DNA of 64,000 nucleotides from Candidatus Poseidoniaceae archaeon (GCA_964228815.1 CAXRAL010000083.1:5665-69664); one strand, 5' to 3'. Shown: positions 53,139 through 62,410, counted from the stretch's first letter. The notes: generated by a model not told the origin, from the letters alone. Numbers and translations: made by a program.

Positions 53139-54185
53139 TTATCGAGGGGGCCATTCAAGATGCTCTGTTATCGCTGAGCACTGAAGGTGGGGGCCGGTTG
53201 ACCGCTCAACAATGCCGAGGGGAGCTTCGCAGATCGGACACGTCCCTGCATCGGCAAGGTGGTCCATCCAAGCGGCACGTGTCTCGGGTTCATCGCTGGC
53301 CTGAATCAAATTCTTCAACGGTTCACGAAGGTGTTTGGGAACCTCCAAGCCCGCCGCCGTCCAGGGATCCTCGATGGCCGAGAGGTCCGCCATGCTCGCC
53401 TTGACCTGCCGGCGTTTGGCAGAGGCGGCCGCCCCTTGGCTGGGGCCACCGTCCAGCACGCCCAATTCGACTGGGCCACCTCGAGCGACCAACGGCAACG
53501 CAGCGTAAGCCGCCACAAACCCACCGATGTGAGCCATGTGAGCGATGCCGCTCGAAACACCGGCATCCATGGTTGCAAGGGCGCGAACCAGTTCCAATCC
53601 GAAGTACAACAACGCAATGAACACCACCGGCCACGGACGAATCAACAAGAGCGGAAACGGAATCTCATCCCGTGGCCATCCCGCAAGGTAGGCGCCGAGA
53701 AGACCAAACGCTGCACCTGAGGCCCCAAGCGCAGGGTTGCCCGAATTAGCGTTGAAGGCGACCCACCCGAGGGAGCCACCCAACAGACCGATGACGTAGA
53801 CGATGGCATAGCGCTTGGAACCCAACCGCTGTTCAAGCGGGACACCGACCAGAGCGAGAATGATGACATTACCAAGCACGTGCATCATGTCACCCTGGCT
53901 GTGAAGGAACCCAGCGGTGGCGAGCGTGTGAAAGAACGCTGGGTCAGAGGTTCGGACCGGGACCAACACGAAATCGCTCCACACCCAATATTCCACCCAG
54001 CCGTAAGTGTAAAACATGGACCAGATGACCTGAACGACTGCACCCAACAGGACGCTGACCGTGATGCCCATGGCCATTGAGGTTCGGGTCTTGGCCGCAT
54101 AGACGATGGGAGCGACCACCGCCACGAACCATAGGCCGAGCACGAACCACTCCGCTGGGGCGAAGAGGGACATGGCGAAGCCCAT
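53139..54185 (-). CDS. rhomboid-family intramembrane serine protease with ~110-aa cytoplasmic C-terminal extension ending in a CxxC...C...H zinc-ribbon-like motif
   Basis: HxxxN (MHVLGNV), catalytic GASGAAFGLLGAY, catalytic His context IAHMAHIGGFVAAY, at least 6 TM spans, and a C-terminal CPICEAPLGIVERSTGPHLQCSAITEH. Confidence 0.85.
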   Translation of the reverse strand: MGFAMSLFAPAEWFVLGLWFVAVVAPIVYAAKTRTSMAMGITVSVLLGAVVQVIWSMFYTYGWVEYWVWSDFVLVPVRTSDPAFFHTLATAGFLHSQGDMMHVLGNVIILALVGVPLEQRLGSKRYAIVYVIGLLGGSLGWVAFNANSGNPALGASGAAFGLLGAYLAGWPRDEIPFPLLLIRPWPVVFIALLYFGLELVRALATMDAGVSSGIAHMAHIGGFVAAYAALPLVARGGPVELGVLDGGPSQGAAASAKRRQVKASMADLSAIEDPWTAAGLEVPKHLREPLKNLIQASDEPETRAAWMDHLADAGTCPICEAPLGIVERSTGPHLQCSAITEHLEWPPR

Positions 54186-54274
54186 GAGAACGGGTCAGGC
54201 TCCCACTCTTTTGAGTTGATGTGTCGGAGGAGCAAAACAGGAGGGTTCTTGCTTGAACGGGGCCTGCCCGAACC

Positions 54275-55489
54275 ATGGCCAAGCCTCTGCTCTCCCTTCA
54301 GGACGTCCATGTCCGAAGGGGCATGAGTGTCGTTCTCGACGGTTGCTCGGTCGACGTTGATTCGGGGCAAACCGTGGTGCTGACGGGCGCCAACGGAGCT
54401 GGCAAGTCCACGTTGCTAGAGGCTGCTGTCGGGCTCCTGCCACTGGAACAAGGGCAAGTGCTTCACGATGCAACAGCGGTCATCGACGCTGAGGGACGAC
54501 GGAGAACCTCTCCGCTCACGGTGGGGACCGTTTTGCAAAAAAACGGCATGCTGGGCAGTGAAGTGGTCATCGAACATCTGCAGTGTGCCATGGGCATGAG
54601 CGGTTCCACGGTGAACGCTGAGCCGTTTCTCGAAGCCTTCAACCTGGCTCATCGTGCCAACGACATGGTGGCGCACCTCTCCCAAGGACAGGCAAGAAAG
54701 GTCGCCGTGTTGGCTGGCCTCTTGCCGGCTTTCGCCAGCTCCACGCCTGCCTTGGTGCTGCTGGACGAACCCGATGCAGGCCTTGATGGAGCATCGGTGG
54801 ACGTGCTTTGTGGCTGGCTCGACCAGTTGCGAGGACACGGGCATGCCATGCTCATCGCCACCCACGACCAGCGATTGGTGGACCGTGCCACCCACACGGT
54901 GGATGTTGCCGAAGGCACGATGATCCCTGCTCACACCCCTTCTGAATCCACCGTGAATGAGTTCCAGCGTCAACCCACCAAGCCCACACGGCGCGCCGCT
55001 TGGGGCGTGAAGATGCATCTTCGCACCATGATGTGGCTCAACACCAACGGCATGGCGGGCTTGCTGAGCCTGGGCGTGCTCCTCGCCATGGGCTCGTTCA
55101 TGGACGGATTGGATGAGATGCAACAACTCGGGTTCGTTTTCGCCCCCACCATGGCGATGGGATTGTGCGGCGAGCCGCTGGTCAGCGCGCTCCGAGAAGA
55201 GCGGGCGGCAGCGTGGTGGCGAGCCGTCAGCGGCGGAGAACCTCATGCGGGCTGGCTTCCCTTCGCTCTTGGTTTGATGATGACAATGATGTCCGCCACC
55301 GCCCTCCAAGGCGTCCCTTCCATGCAGACCTTGATCGTGGGCTCGGCCCTCTGCGGCGTTGTATGGCACGGCGTGGGTTGGATGCAACGCTCAACGCAAC
55401 GGCTCGCACGACCCCAAGCGGTGTTTGTTGGCTTGCTCACACCGGTGCTGATTCTTCCCTACTCTTTGCTGCTCAGTGTTCTTTCCTGA
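54275..55489 (+). CDS. ccmA: heme-exporter-type ABC ATPase (CcmA-like) fused to a C-terminal polytopic membrane region (possible CcmB equivalent)
   Basis: Walker A GANGAGKSTLLEA, signature LSQGQARKVAV, Walker B LVLLDEPDAGLD. Residues ~235-404 contain about 4-5 hydrophobic spans. It lies immediately upstream of ccmC/ccmD. Confidence 0.65.
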   Translation: MAKPLLSLQDVHVRRGMSVVLDGCSVDVDSGQTVVLTGANGAGKSTLLEAAVGLLPLEQGQVLHDATAVIDAEGRRRTSPLTVGTVLQKNGMLGSEVVIEHLQCAMGMSGSTVNAEPFLEAFNLAHRANDMVAHLSQGQARKVAVLAGLLPAFASSTPALVLLDEPDAGLDGASVDVLCGWLDQLRGHGHAMLIATHDQRLVDRATHTVDVAEGTMIPAHTPSESTVNEFQRQPTKPTRRAAWGVKMHLRTMMWLNTNGMAGLLSLGVLLAMGSFMDGLDEMQQLGFVFAPTMAMGLCGEPLVSALREERAAAWWRAVSGGEPHAGWLPFALGLMMTMMSATALQGVPSMQTLIVGSALCGVVWHGVGWMQRSTQRLARPQAVFVGLLTPVLILPYSLLLSVLS

Positions 55490-55532
55490 GCCGAACACCA
55501 ACTTCAAGGAGGACATCCCGGCACCCCGGCCC

Positions 55533-56228
55533 ATGAAGTGGGGAGAGATGTTGCTGGTGCTCGGTTTCACCGGCATCGGAAGCACCCTCCTGCTGGCGTT
55601 GCTGTGGGCACCCAGCGTCTCGTTGGACGCCTTCGAATCTCCTGCCGCTCAGCGTATTTTCTACTGGCATGTTCCCGCAGCTTGGGCGGCCTTCATCGCG
55701 TTCGGCGCCCTGTTCATCGGTTCAGCCGGGTGGTTGTTTCGCCGGTCGGAATGGGCGTGGAGGCTCCATGTCGCAGGATCTGAAGCAGGCTTGGCCACCG
55801 GCCTCATGACCGTGTGGTCAGGATGCGTGTGGGGAGCAGCTGAGTGGGGGACACCTTGGGATTGGACCGATGTTCGCCTCAACACCTTTGGGCTGCTGAC
55901 GTTGCTGGCCGTCTACGTTGTGCTGGGCCGAAACAGCCAACCCGACGGCGTGGAATCAAGGGATACGTTCGCAGCCTTCGGCCTGTACGGCTTCGTGCTT
56001 GTTCCGGTCACCTACATCGCCACACGCATCTGGACCATACGTCATCCTGGCCCCGTAGTCGCCACAGGGGACGAGGGTTCCATCAACGGCGACATGGGCC
56101 TCGTCTTGCTGCTCGGCGCCATTTCGTTCACTGTGTTCATCATCGGCCACATGCTGACGTCCATGCGGTTGACAGCGTTGGAGCAACGGCTTTCAAACCT
56201 GCAAGGCCAACATGATGGAGGAATCTGA
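55533..56228 (+). CDS. ccmC: heme exporter protein CcmC (cytochrome c maturation system I)
   Basis: The ORF is 55476-56228 (GTG); ATG 55533 (MKWGEMLLV) is preferred. It has the Trp-rich heme-handling motif WGTPWDWTDVRL and a conserved His context (FYWHVPAAW). Confidence 0.85.
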   Translation: MKWGEMLLVLGFTGIGSTLLLALLWAPSVSLDAFESPAAQRIFYWHVPAAWAAFIAFGALFIGSAGWLFRRSEWAWRLHVAGSEAGLATGLMTVWSGCVWGAAEWGTPWDWTDVRLNTFGLLTLLAVYVVLGRNSQPDGVESRDTFAAFGLYGFVLVPVTYIATRIWTIRHPGPVVATGDEGSINGDMGLVLLLGAISFTVFIIGHMLTSMRLTALEQRLSNLQGQHDGGI

Positions 56229-56411
56229 ATGGAAGGCATGACCTACCTCGCTGTGGCCTACCTCGGGATGCTGGTGGCCATCGCCCTGTGGACTTGGACG
56301 GTCGTCCAGCGAAGTCGTCGCCTTGACCAGCGCCTCCACGCCCTTGAAAGCGTGGCTGGCGTGGACGACCAACCCCGGAAATCCGATGATGAAGCCGAAC
56401 ACAAAGCGTAG
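56229..56411 (+). CDS. ccmD: small single-TM protein, CcmD-like
   Basis: 60 aa. The ATG follows the ccmC stop directly. YLAVAYLGMLVAIALWTWTVVQRSRRL resembles the CcmD TM span plus basic stretch. The assignment rests on position and this short similarity. Confidence 0.5.
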   Translation: MEGMTYLAVAYLGMLVAIALWTWTVVQRSRRLDQRLHALESVAGVDDQPRKSDDEAEHKA

Positions 56412-56452
56412 TCTTTCAAAGGCACCAACACAGGACCGACTTGGAGAGGCGC

Positions 56453-57532
56453 ATGTCATCCCGGCTCGGTGGAGAATTTTGCTTGGTCTGCGGGGCCAAG
56501 CCACCGTTGTTCGGCGACCGCATGTGCGAGCCATGCCTTCGCGCCCGAACGGTGCTGGCGAAAGTTCCAGAAAACGTTCCTTGGGTGCGTTGCGCACGGT
56601 GTGGAATCGTAGAGATTGAAGGCAAGTGGGAGAACACCACCGAAGCCGAGGTGTGGGACGAACTGCTGCATCGAAACTTGGTGGTCCACGAACGAGCCGA
56701 AGACATCCAATTGGCGATGGAACCGGTCAAGGTCTCCGACCGCCACACCTTGCTTCACATCCAACTGGAAGGTGTCATCGACGACTTGTTGTTCCAGGAA
56801 GAACACACCATGCGAGCCAGAATGGCCAACGGGGTGTGTTTGACGTGCACCCGGCGAGCGGGCAACTACTTCGAAGCCACCGTTCAACTCCGTTCAAGTG
56901 CACGCCGTCTGAGCGAGAAAGAATTCACCCGACTTCGAGCCACCTTGGACGACGTGTTGGACAAACTGTCCGACGACCCGATGTTCTTCATCACCAACGA
57001 AGGCCCGGTCACCGGTGGTTACGACGTGGTGCTGGGCAGCAAAGGCCTGGCGCGCGCCTGGGGACGTCACCTGATCAGCGAGTACGGCGGGATGGTCGTG
57101 GAAACCAACTCCACGGTAGGTCGAAAAGACGGCGTGGACGTGACCCGATTGACCTTGCTGTACCGCAAACCCGGCTACGAAATCGGCGATGTCGTGCAGT
57201 GGCGTCATCACATCTGGCGCCCGTCGGCTTGGACCAAAGACGGCGCCATCATGGAACGTGTGGACCGAAGGGAGCGAACCGGTGCGACGTGGCGGGATTT
57301 GGAACAAGCCAAAGTCCTCGCTCAGAAACATGAACTCGTTCATGTGGACTTCATCAACGAAGATGCATCCGTGGGCGAATTCCTTGACCCCACCACGTGG
57401 GCCATGGACGCCGTACGCCTCCCTTACGACCATGCAACGGGACGAAAAGGACTGCTCATCCGTCACGACGATGCATGGCTTGCCCTCCCGTTCATGGCGA
57501 TTGACGAACCACCAACGCAGGAGGAGGCATGA
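56453..57532 (+). CDS. NMD3-family protein (archaeal homologue of the 60S export adaptor)
   Basis: N-terminal Cys clusters CLVCGAKPP...CEPC and CARCG typical of NMD3; the length fits. ATG 56453 is preferred over TTG 56441. Confidence 0.8.
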   Translation: MSSRLGGEFCLVCGAKPPLFGDRMCEPCLRARTVLAKVPENVPWVRCARCGIVEIEGKWENTTEAEVWDELLHRNLVVHERAEDIQLAMEPVKVSDRHTLLHIQLEGVIDDLLFQEEHTMRARMANGVCLTCTRRAGNYFEATVQLRSSARRLSEKEFTRLRATLDDVLDKLSDDPMFFITNEGPVTGGYDVVLGSKGLARAWGRHLISEYGGMVVETNSTVGRKDGVDVTRLTLLYRKPGYEIGDVVQWRHHIWRPSAWTKDGAIMERVDRRERTGATWRDLEQAKVLAQKHELVHVDFINEDASVGEFLDPTTWAMDAVRLPYDHATGRKGLLIRHDDAWLALPFMAIDEPPTQEEA

Positions 57533-58638
57533 TGGAACCAGCAGCAGCACCGGAGCACGAGCCCACACTGGTTGACCTTGCTGACCGGTTGGACACCGAA
57601 GGCATGGTTGGATTCACCCAAGCATTCCATGATGATTTGAAGCACGGGTTTGAGGCCGTGAATGCTGAACGCTACCCTTGGCTGGATGACCTTCGTCAAG
57701 CCCCCTGGAGCGGCGTGATTTGCCTTGGCATGGGCGGCAGCGCTGCCGGTGGAGATTTCCTCGCAGCCCTCACAGCCAACGAAGGTGGTTGCCCTGTCGT
57801 GGTGCATCGCGACTACACCTTGCCTGCATGGTTCAACGCCACGTGGTTGGTGCTAGCGACCAGTCACAGCGGCAACACAGAAGAAACGGTCGCTGCTGCC
57901 GAAGCCGCCCTCAAGATGGACGCCACGGTTGTGGTGATTGCGACGGGTGGTGTCCTCGCCGGCCTGCCGGAACTGTTTCCTCGGTGTCACCTCATCCCGA
58001 CCGTGGGCGGTCAGCCTCCACGAACGGCGTTCGGCCACATCTTCAGCCGACAAGTGGCGGTGCTGGAACACCTCGGCCTGCTCACACCGCAGGCGGCGGA
58101 GGAACGGGTTGCAATGCTCGGGCGCCTGGGAGAAAACAACCTCCATTTCGACGTGCTCGCTCAACCCGAAGGCGACATCGCCCTGCTCGCCGCAGCGCTG
58201 ATGGAACAACCGCTGGCCGTCATCGGCCCCACAGAGTTGGCGCCCGCGTTGAACCGTTTCAAGAACCAGATGAACGAAAACGCCGCACGGTTCGTTCGTG
58301 TGGGCGTGCTGCCAGAAATGAACCACAACGAAAGCGTCGCATGGGGCGGCGTTGGACCGGACGCCGACCCTGAAACGGCCAATCAAGCCCTGCTCTTGCT
58401 CACGTGGCACGGCATGCACCCCCGTGTCAAACAGCGACTTGACTGGATGGTGGCGCATGCAACCACCGAGACGGCGTGGAATCTGGTCGGTGAAGGAACA
58501 TCGTTGCTGGAGTGCTTACTCTACCACTGTTTGGTCATGGACTGGCTCTCCATCACGCTGGCCTTCCTTCACGGCAAAGACCCCGCCGCCATTGGACCCA
58601 TCAACGCCCTCAAGGCGCACTTGAATTCAGTTCAGTAG
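57529..58638 (+). CDS. bifunctional phosphoglucose/phosphomannose isomerase (SIS-domain, archaeal PGI/PMI family)
   Basis: ICLGMGGSAAGGDFL and LATSHSGNTEETV (SIS motifs). There is an ATGA overlap with the NMD3 stop. Confidence 0.75.
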   Translation: MMEPAAAPEHEPTLVDLADRLDTEGMVGFTQAFHDDLKHGFEAVNAERYPWLDDLRQAPWSGVICLGMGGSAAGGDFLAALTANEGGCPVVVHRDYTLPAWFNATWLVLATSHSGNTEETVAAAEAALKMDATVVVIATGGVLAGLPELFPRCHLIPTVGGQPPRTAFGHIFSRQVAVLEHLGLLTPQAAEERVAMLGRLGENNLHFDVLAQPEGDIALLAAALMEQPLAVIGPTELAPALNRFKNQMNENAARFVRVGVLPEMNHNESVAWGGVGPDADPETANQALLLLTWHGMHPRVKQRLDWMVAHATTETAWNLVGEGTSLLECLLYHCLVMDWLSITLAFLHGKDPAAIGPINALKAHLNSVQ

Positions 58639-59255
58639 AGCGCCCCGCAAATCAACCTGGGATCGGGATAAAGCGCCAACGCATCTTCTCGGTCTTCACC
58701 CTTGACCACTCCGGGCAGGTCCCCGTTTTGGGGTTCGTGAAGGGACATCTGAACGTGAACATGGGGTGGCCAGCCGCCGTTTTCGTGCTCCTCACCCATC
58801 ACGGCGAGGATCTGGCCGCGCTCGAAAGAGGCACCGGGCGACCAATGCGCAATGCTGTCCCAACTCAGGTGACCGTAGAGCACCCAGAATTCGCTTGAAT
58901 GGTCGGCCAAAGGCCCTCCGACCTCGGCCGGGAGTCGAACGCTGTGCTTCGTGATGAGCGTCGGCCCGTAGGACCCGTCCTCATCGTTGACCGTGATGGT
59001 CACGACCGTTCCGGCCTCAAAGGCATGAACAGGTGTGCCGGCAGGCCCGCCCAAATCAAGGCCAACGTGGTGGTCTCGCTCACCCCCGAAGAGTTCGGTG
59101 GTGTACATGGCAGGGCGGTGCTCGTCGTAGCGGCCCACCGAATAGCGATGGGGAGCCGACCAGCCATCAGGGCTCGGGCGAGTGAAGTCGTGAACCCAAT
59201 ACGGCTCGTCAAACACCACGGTAGGGTGAAACGGCATCGCTTCGCTTGACGCCAT
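58632..59255 (-). CDS. M23/LytM-domain metallopeptidase-like protein without signal peptide
   Basis: HxxxD (HHVGLDLGGPAGTPVHA) and HxH (PHVHVQM) Zn-ligand motifs in the M23 order. The N-terminus is not hydrophobic. Confidence 0.65.
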   Translation of the reverse strand: MASSEAMPFHPTVVFDEPYWVHDFTRPSPDGWSAPHRYSVGRYDEHRPAMYTTELFGGERDHHVGLDLGGPAGTPVHAFEAGTVVTITVNDEDGSYGPTLITKHSVRLPAEVGGPLADHSSEFWVLYGHLSWDSIAHWSPGASFERGQILAVMGEEHENGGWPPHVHVQMSLHEPQNGDLPGVVKGEDREDALALYPDPRLICGALY

Positions 59256-59279
59256 GAATCATCGTTTGGTCGGTTCTAC

Positions 59280-61628
59280 TTGAGGTTTCGGAGAAGCATC
59301 AAGGCATGGGTGGGTCGTGGCGCAGTCATGCTCGCCACTGCGCTGGTCGTTTTGGCCCCGAGCATCATGCCCGGCTGGGCGTTGAGTTCGGTGCTTGACG
59401 GGAGCGGCGACCGTTTTCGGAAGGCGCTTCTCGCTCCTGCCTTGGGGCTGCTCCTCTTGTTCGGCGTCTCGGGTTTGCTGGTCGTACTCGACCTGTGGTC
59501 TCCCGTGTTGCTCGCCGTGCTGCTGGTCGGGCTGAACATCGTCGCCTATCGACTGATTCATCAACGCCATGAAGAGGTTGCCAAACGAACCCGCTGGCAA
59601 CAGCTTGAGGCCGCCATGCACGGGGAGGTCGCCGAGGAAACAACCGCCCCTTCCTTAAGCGAAGAGGCGGAAATTCAGCTGAAGTTTCAACGCCATCGGT
59701 CAACCGTGCTCTACGCCCTGAGCATGGTGGTCGCTGCGTCCGCTCTCCTGTCGCCGTTGCTCCAATCGCTCCCGTTTGGGGTGGACTGGATCGGGTTTGC
59801 GATGCTGACCCAACAGCTCGTTCTTGAGGGAACGTTGTCCCTTCCCGGCACCAACGAGGGGTTCTGGACCTACCCGCCCGCCTTCCCGTCCACGGCTGCT
59901 TGGGTGGCCACCATCACCGGTCTAGATGCGGGGCGGGCCGTCTTCCAACTTGGCCACTATACCCTCTTCGTGTTGATGTTGGGTATCATGGGCGCCATGG
60001 ACCGCCACGGTGCGGGGGCCTACGCCATGTTTGCGATGGGGCTTGGACTTGGCCTCTTTGCGAAAACCTTCGATTCCGGCTTCCCGAGCGTGGCCAGCCA
60101 ACTCGGCTTGGTCGTCGGCATCCTGGTCCTGTTTCGCCACGCCGACCAGCGTCATCGCCATCACACGCTGGGCTTGTGTTTCGCGCTGTTCTCCGTCTCA
60201 CTGATTCACCCCACAGGCGCCATTTACCTGGCCCTGCTCCTGTTGAGCCACGTCCTCCACGGGCTGGCGTTGGAGGATGACGAGCACCACGAACGACTGC
60301 GTCGATTGGCTTACATTGCCTCGGCCTTCATCACCGTAGGTTTTGCCGTCGCCCTGGTCGTGATGGCCCCCCGGTTGTTTGACGAAGCGGTGTTTTCGGA
60401 ATACGGATGGCAGGGCGGAAAGCCACTGCTGGTCTACAACGGCGTCCTGTTGGTGGTGGCAGCGGTCGCTGCGTTCGGCCTTCGAACCACCCTTGAGGGA
60501 CGCATCGCCATCACGTGGTTCGCCTTGCTTTGGGTGCTCAGCGTGGTGCATCTGATCGAAGGTTTGCGCAATGTCCCCGTGCTCTCCTTGCTGTCCTACA
60601 CATTGTATTCCATGGCCCTGCACGCCTACCACGTTCCGCTGGCCGTGTTGGTGGCGTGGTGGATGTCGCCGCACACGGCTCTCACGCCGGTGAACGAAGA
60701 GGCCTCCACGGAATGGACCATGCCAACAGGCGTCAGAACCGTTGTGGTGGGTCTGGTGTTGGTTGGCGCCATGGGCGCACAATCGGTGGCGTTGAGCCTG
60801 TCCAGTCACGAGGAACTCCTGGCCATTTCCCCCGGAGATTTGGTGTTGAGGGACGCCCTTGACGGCATCGACGGTGCCGTCTACACGGAAAACATGCACT
60901 GGGGCTATGTTTGGAACGCACCGGTTGGTGTGGCGATGACCTCCATCCCCACCTTAGGCCTCGTCCACATCGACAGCAGCCAGCAGGCCGCTGCAACCCA
61001 AGCGATGTTCTACGACAACATCACCTACTTCACGGAACACAACATGCACCACGCCCTCACCTCACCGATGGGCACGATGCAGTGGACCCTAGCCACCTCA
61101 CCCTACTGGGGTGTGGAGGCTGAATCGGACGGCGCTACCTTGTGGCGTCTTCACCCCGATGGCGATGCACAACAACACCTGCTCGACGGGATTGAGGAGG
61201 AGGATTGCACGGCCTGCATCACGCGGCTGGACCCGTGGCGCGAACACAAATTCAGGGACCCGTTGGGGCTTGGCGAGGACCGGCCCTTCCTGCCAGAAGG
61301 TACGGAAGGCAACCTCTCTGTGATCGCTCCAGAGGGCGCCGTGAAAATGTGCATGACCTACGAGGTCATCGGAGCCACCGGGGGGTTGTATTTGCGTGGA
61401 CCTGACGGATTGGACCGACCCTATCACGGCCTTCGTTCGGATGCCGGCTACCACCAAGCATGTTTCGGTGTAGACGACCCAACGAGGCTCACCGAGGTGC
61501 AAATTGAGTGGGACCGTGATGAACCGGACCGCTGGCTGAACCCGCTCGGCTTGTCGGGCAGGGACACGGTCTTGCTCGACCGGACCGGTGTGAAATTCCA
61601 CTGGTTGACATGGATGACCGAGGAATGA
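59280..61628 (+). CDS. large polytopic membrane protein with C-terminal soluble domain (GT-C-like putative glycosyltransferase; function unproven)
   Basis: 782 aa, with about 12 or more hydrophobic spans over the first ~480 aa and then a soluble ~300-aa domain. It overlaps the downstream GT2 gene by 19 nt. No WWDYG (AglB) motif was seen. TTG start. Confidence 0.5.
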   Translation: MRFRRSIKAWVGRGAVMLATALVVLAPSIMPGWALSSVLDGSGDRFRKALLAPALGLLLLFGVSGLLVVLDLWSPVLLAVLLVGLNIVAYRLIHQRHEEVAKRTRWQQLEAAMHGEVAEETTAPSLSEEAEIQLKFQRHRSTVLYALSMVVAASALLSPLLQSLPFGVDWIGFAMLTQQLVLEGTLSLPGTNEGFWTYPPAFPSTAAWVATITGLDAGRAVFQLGHYTLFVLMLGIMGAMDRHGAGAYAMFAMGLGLGLFAKTFDSGFPSVASQLGLVVGILVLFRHADQRHRHHTLGLCFALFSVSLIHPTGAIYLALLLLSHVLHGLALEDDEHHERLRRLAYIASAFITVGFAVALVVMAPRLFDEAVFSEYGWQGGKPLLVYNGVLLVVAAVAAFGLRTTLEGRIAITWFALLWVLSVVHLIEGLRNVPVLSLLSYTLYSMALHAYHVPLAVLVAWWMSPHTALTPVNEEASTEWTMPTGVRTVVVGLVLVGAMGAQSVALSLSSHEELLAISPGDLVLRDALDGIDGAVYTENMHWGYVWNAPVGVAMTSIPTLGLVHIDSSQQAAATQAMFYDNITYFTEHNMHHALTSPMGTMQWTLATSPYWGVEAESDGATLWRLHPDGDAQQHLLDGIEEEDCTACITRLDPWREHKFRDPLGLGEDRPFLPEGTEGNLSVIAPEGAVKMCMTYEVIGATGGLYLRGPDGLDRPYHGLRSDAGYHQACFGVDDPTRLTEVQIEWDRDEPDRWLNPLGLSGRDTVLLDRTGVKFHWLTWMTEE

Positions 61629-62368
61629 ACGGCAAACACCATGTGCAAGGGCAACAAGCCCGGTGTATGCAGCACCTCGTCGTCCTGCTCCCGGTGCTTA
61701 ACGAAGCGCTTGGCTTGGCGTGGGTGTTGGACCGCATTCCTTACGCTCGCCTCAAGCGCAATGGCTACCGCACCACGGTGCTGGTGATGGACGGCCACAG
61801 CACGGACAACACGCCCGAGGTGGCCGCCGAGTACGGTGTCATGGTTGTTGACCAGGACGACACGGGCAAGGGTAGCGCCATTCGGCATGGCTTCCGCAAG
61901 GCGGTCGAACTGGAAGCCGATGCCGTGGTCATGCTGGACGCCGATGGCACCTACGCACCGAGGGAAATGATTCGCCTTCTGGATGGCCTTGATTCGCAGG
62001 AAGTGGTGATCGGCGACCGTTTGAACGGCCGAATCGAACCCGGCGCCATGACGCGACTCAACTTCGTTGGCAACCACCTGCTCACCTGGATTGCCACCGC
62101 TTTGTTTGGCACCACCACGTCCGACGTTTGTTCGGGCTATTGGGCCTTCAGCCGGGACGCCATTGACCAACTTCATCTCAACAGCCGGTCGTTTGAAATC
62201 GAGGCCGAGATGTTCGCCAGCATGGTCCACCGCAAGGTTCCGTTCGGCTTTATCCCCATCACCTACGGGCCAAGGTTGGGCGAAGCCAAACTTGGTTCAA
62301 CGGCCGACGGGTGGCGCATTTTGAGAAAACTCATCACGCGTCGTATCTTCCCCGAACCGCTGCCGTAG
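61610..62368 (+). CDS. family-2 glycosyltransferase (dolichyl-phosphate hexose synthase / DPM1-like)
   Basis: VVLLPVLNEA...VLVMDGHSTDNTPEVA...GKGSAIRHGF...VVMLDADGTY (DxD). Alternative starts lie at 61625 or further downstream. Confidence 0.8.
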   Translation: MDDRGMNGKHHVQGQQARCMQHLVVLLPVLNEALGLAWVLDRIPYARLKRNGYRTTVLVMDGHSTDNTPEVAAEYGVMVVDQDDTGKGSAIRHGFRKAVELEADAVVMLDADGTYAPREMIRLLDGLDSQEVVIGDRLNGRIEPGAMTRLNFVGNHLLTWIATALFGTTTSDVCSGYWAFSRDAIDQLHLNSRSFEIEAEMFASMVHRKVPFGFIPITYGPRLGEAKLGSTADGWRILRKLITRRIFPEPLP

Positions 62369-62410
62369 GACTTGCCAAGCACTCAAAACCAATCCCGAAG
62401 TGGAGGGGTC

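Noticed and set aside
54416-55387. 323-aa minus-strand ORF
   Set aside because: It is antisense to the CcmA-like ABC gene, whose Walker A, signature and Walker B motifs are all on the plus strand.
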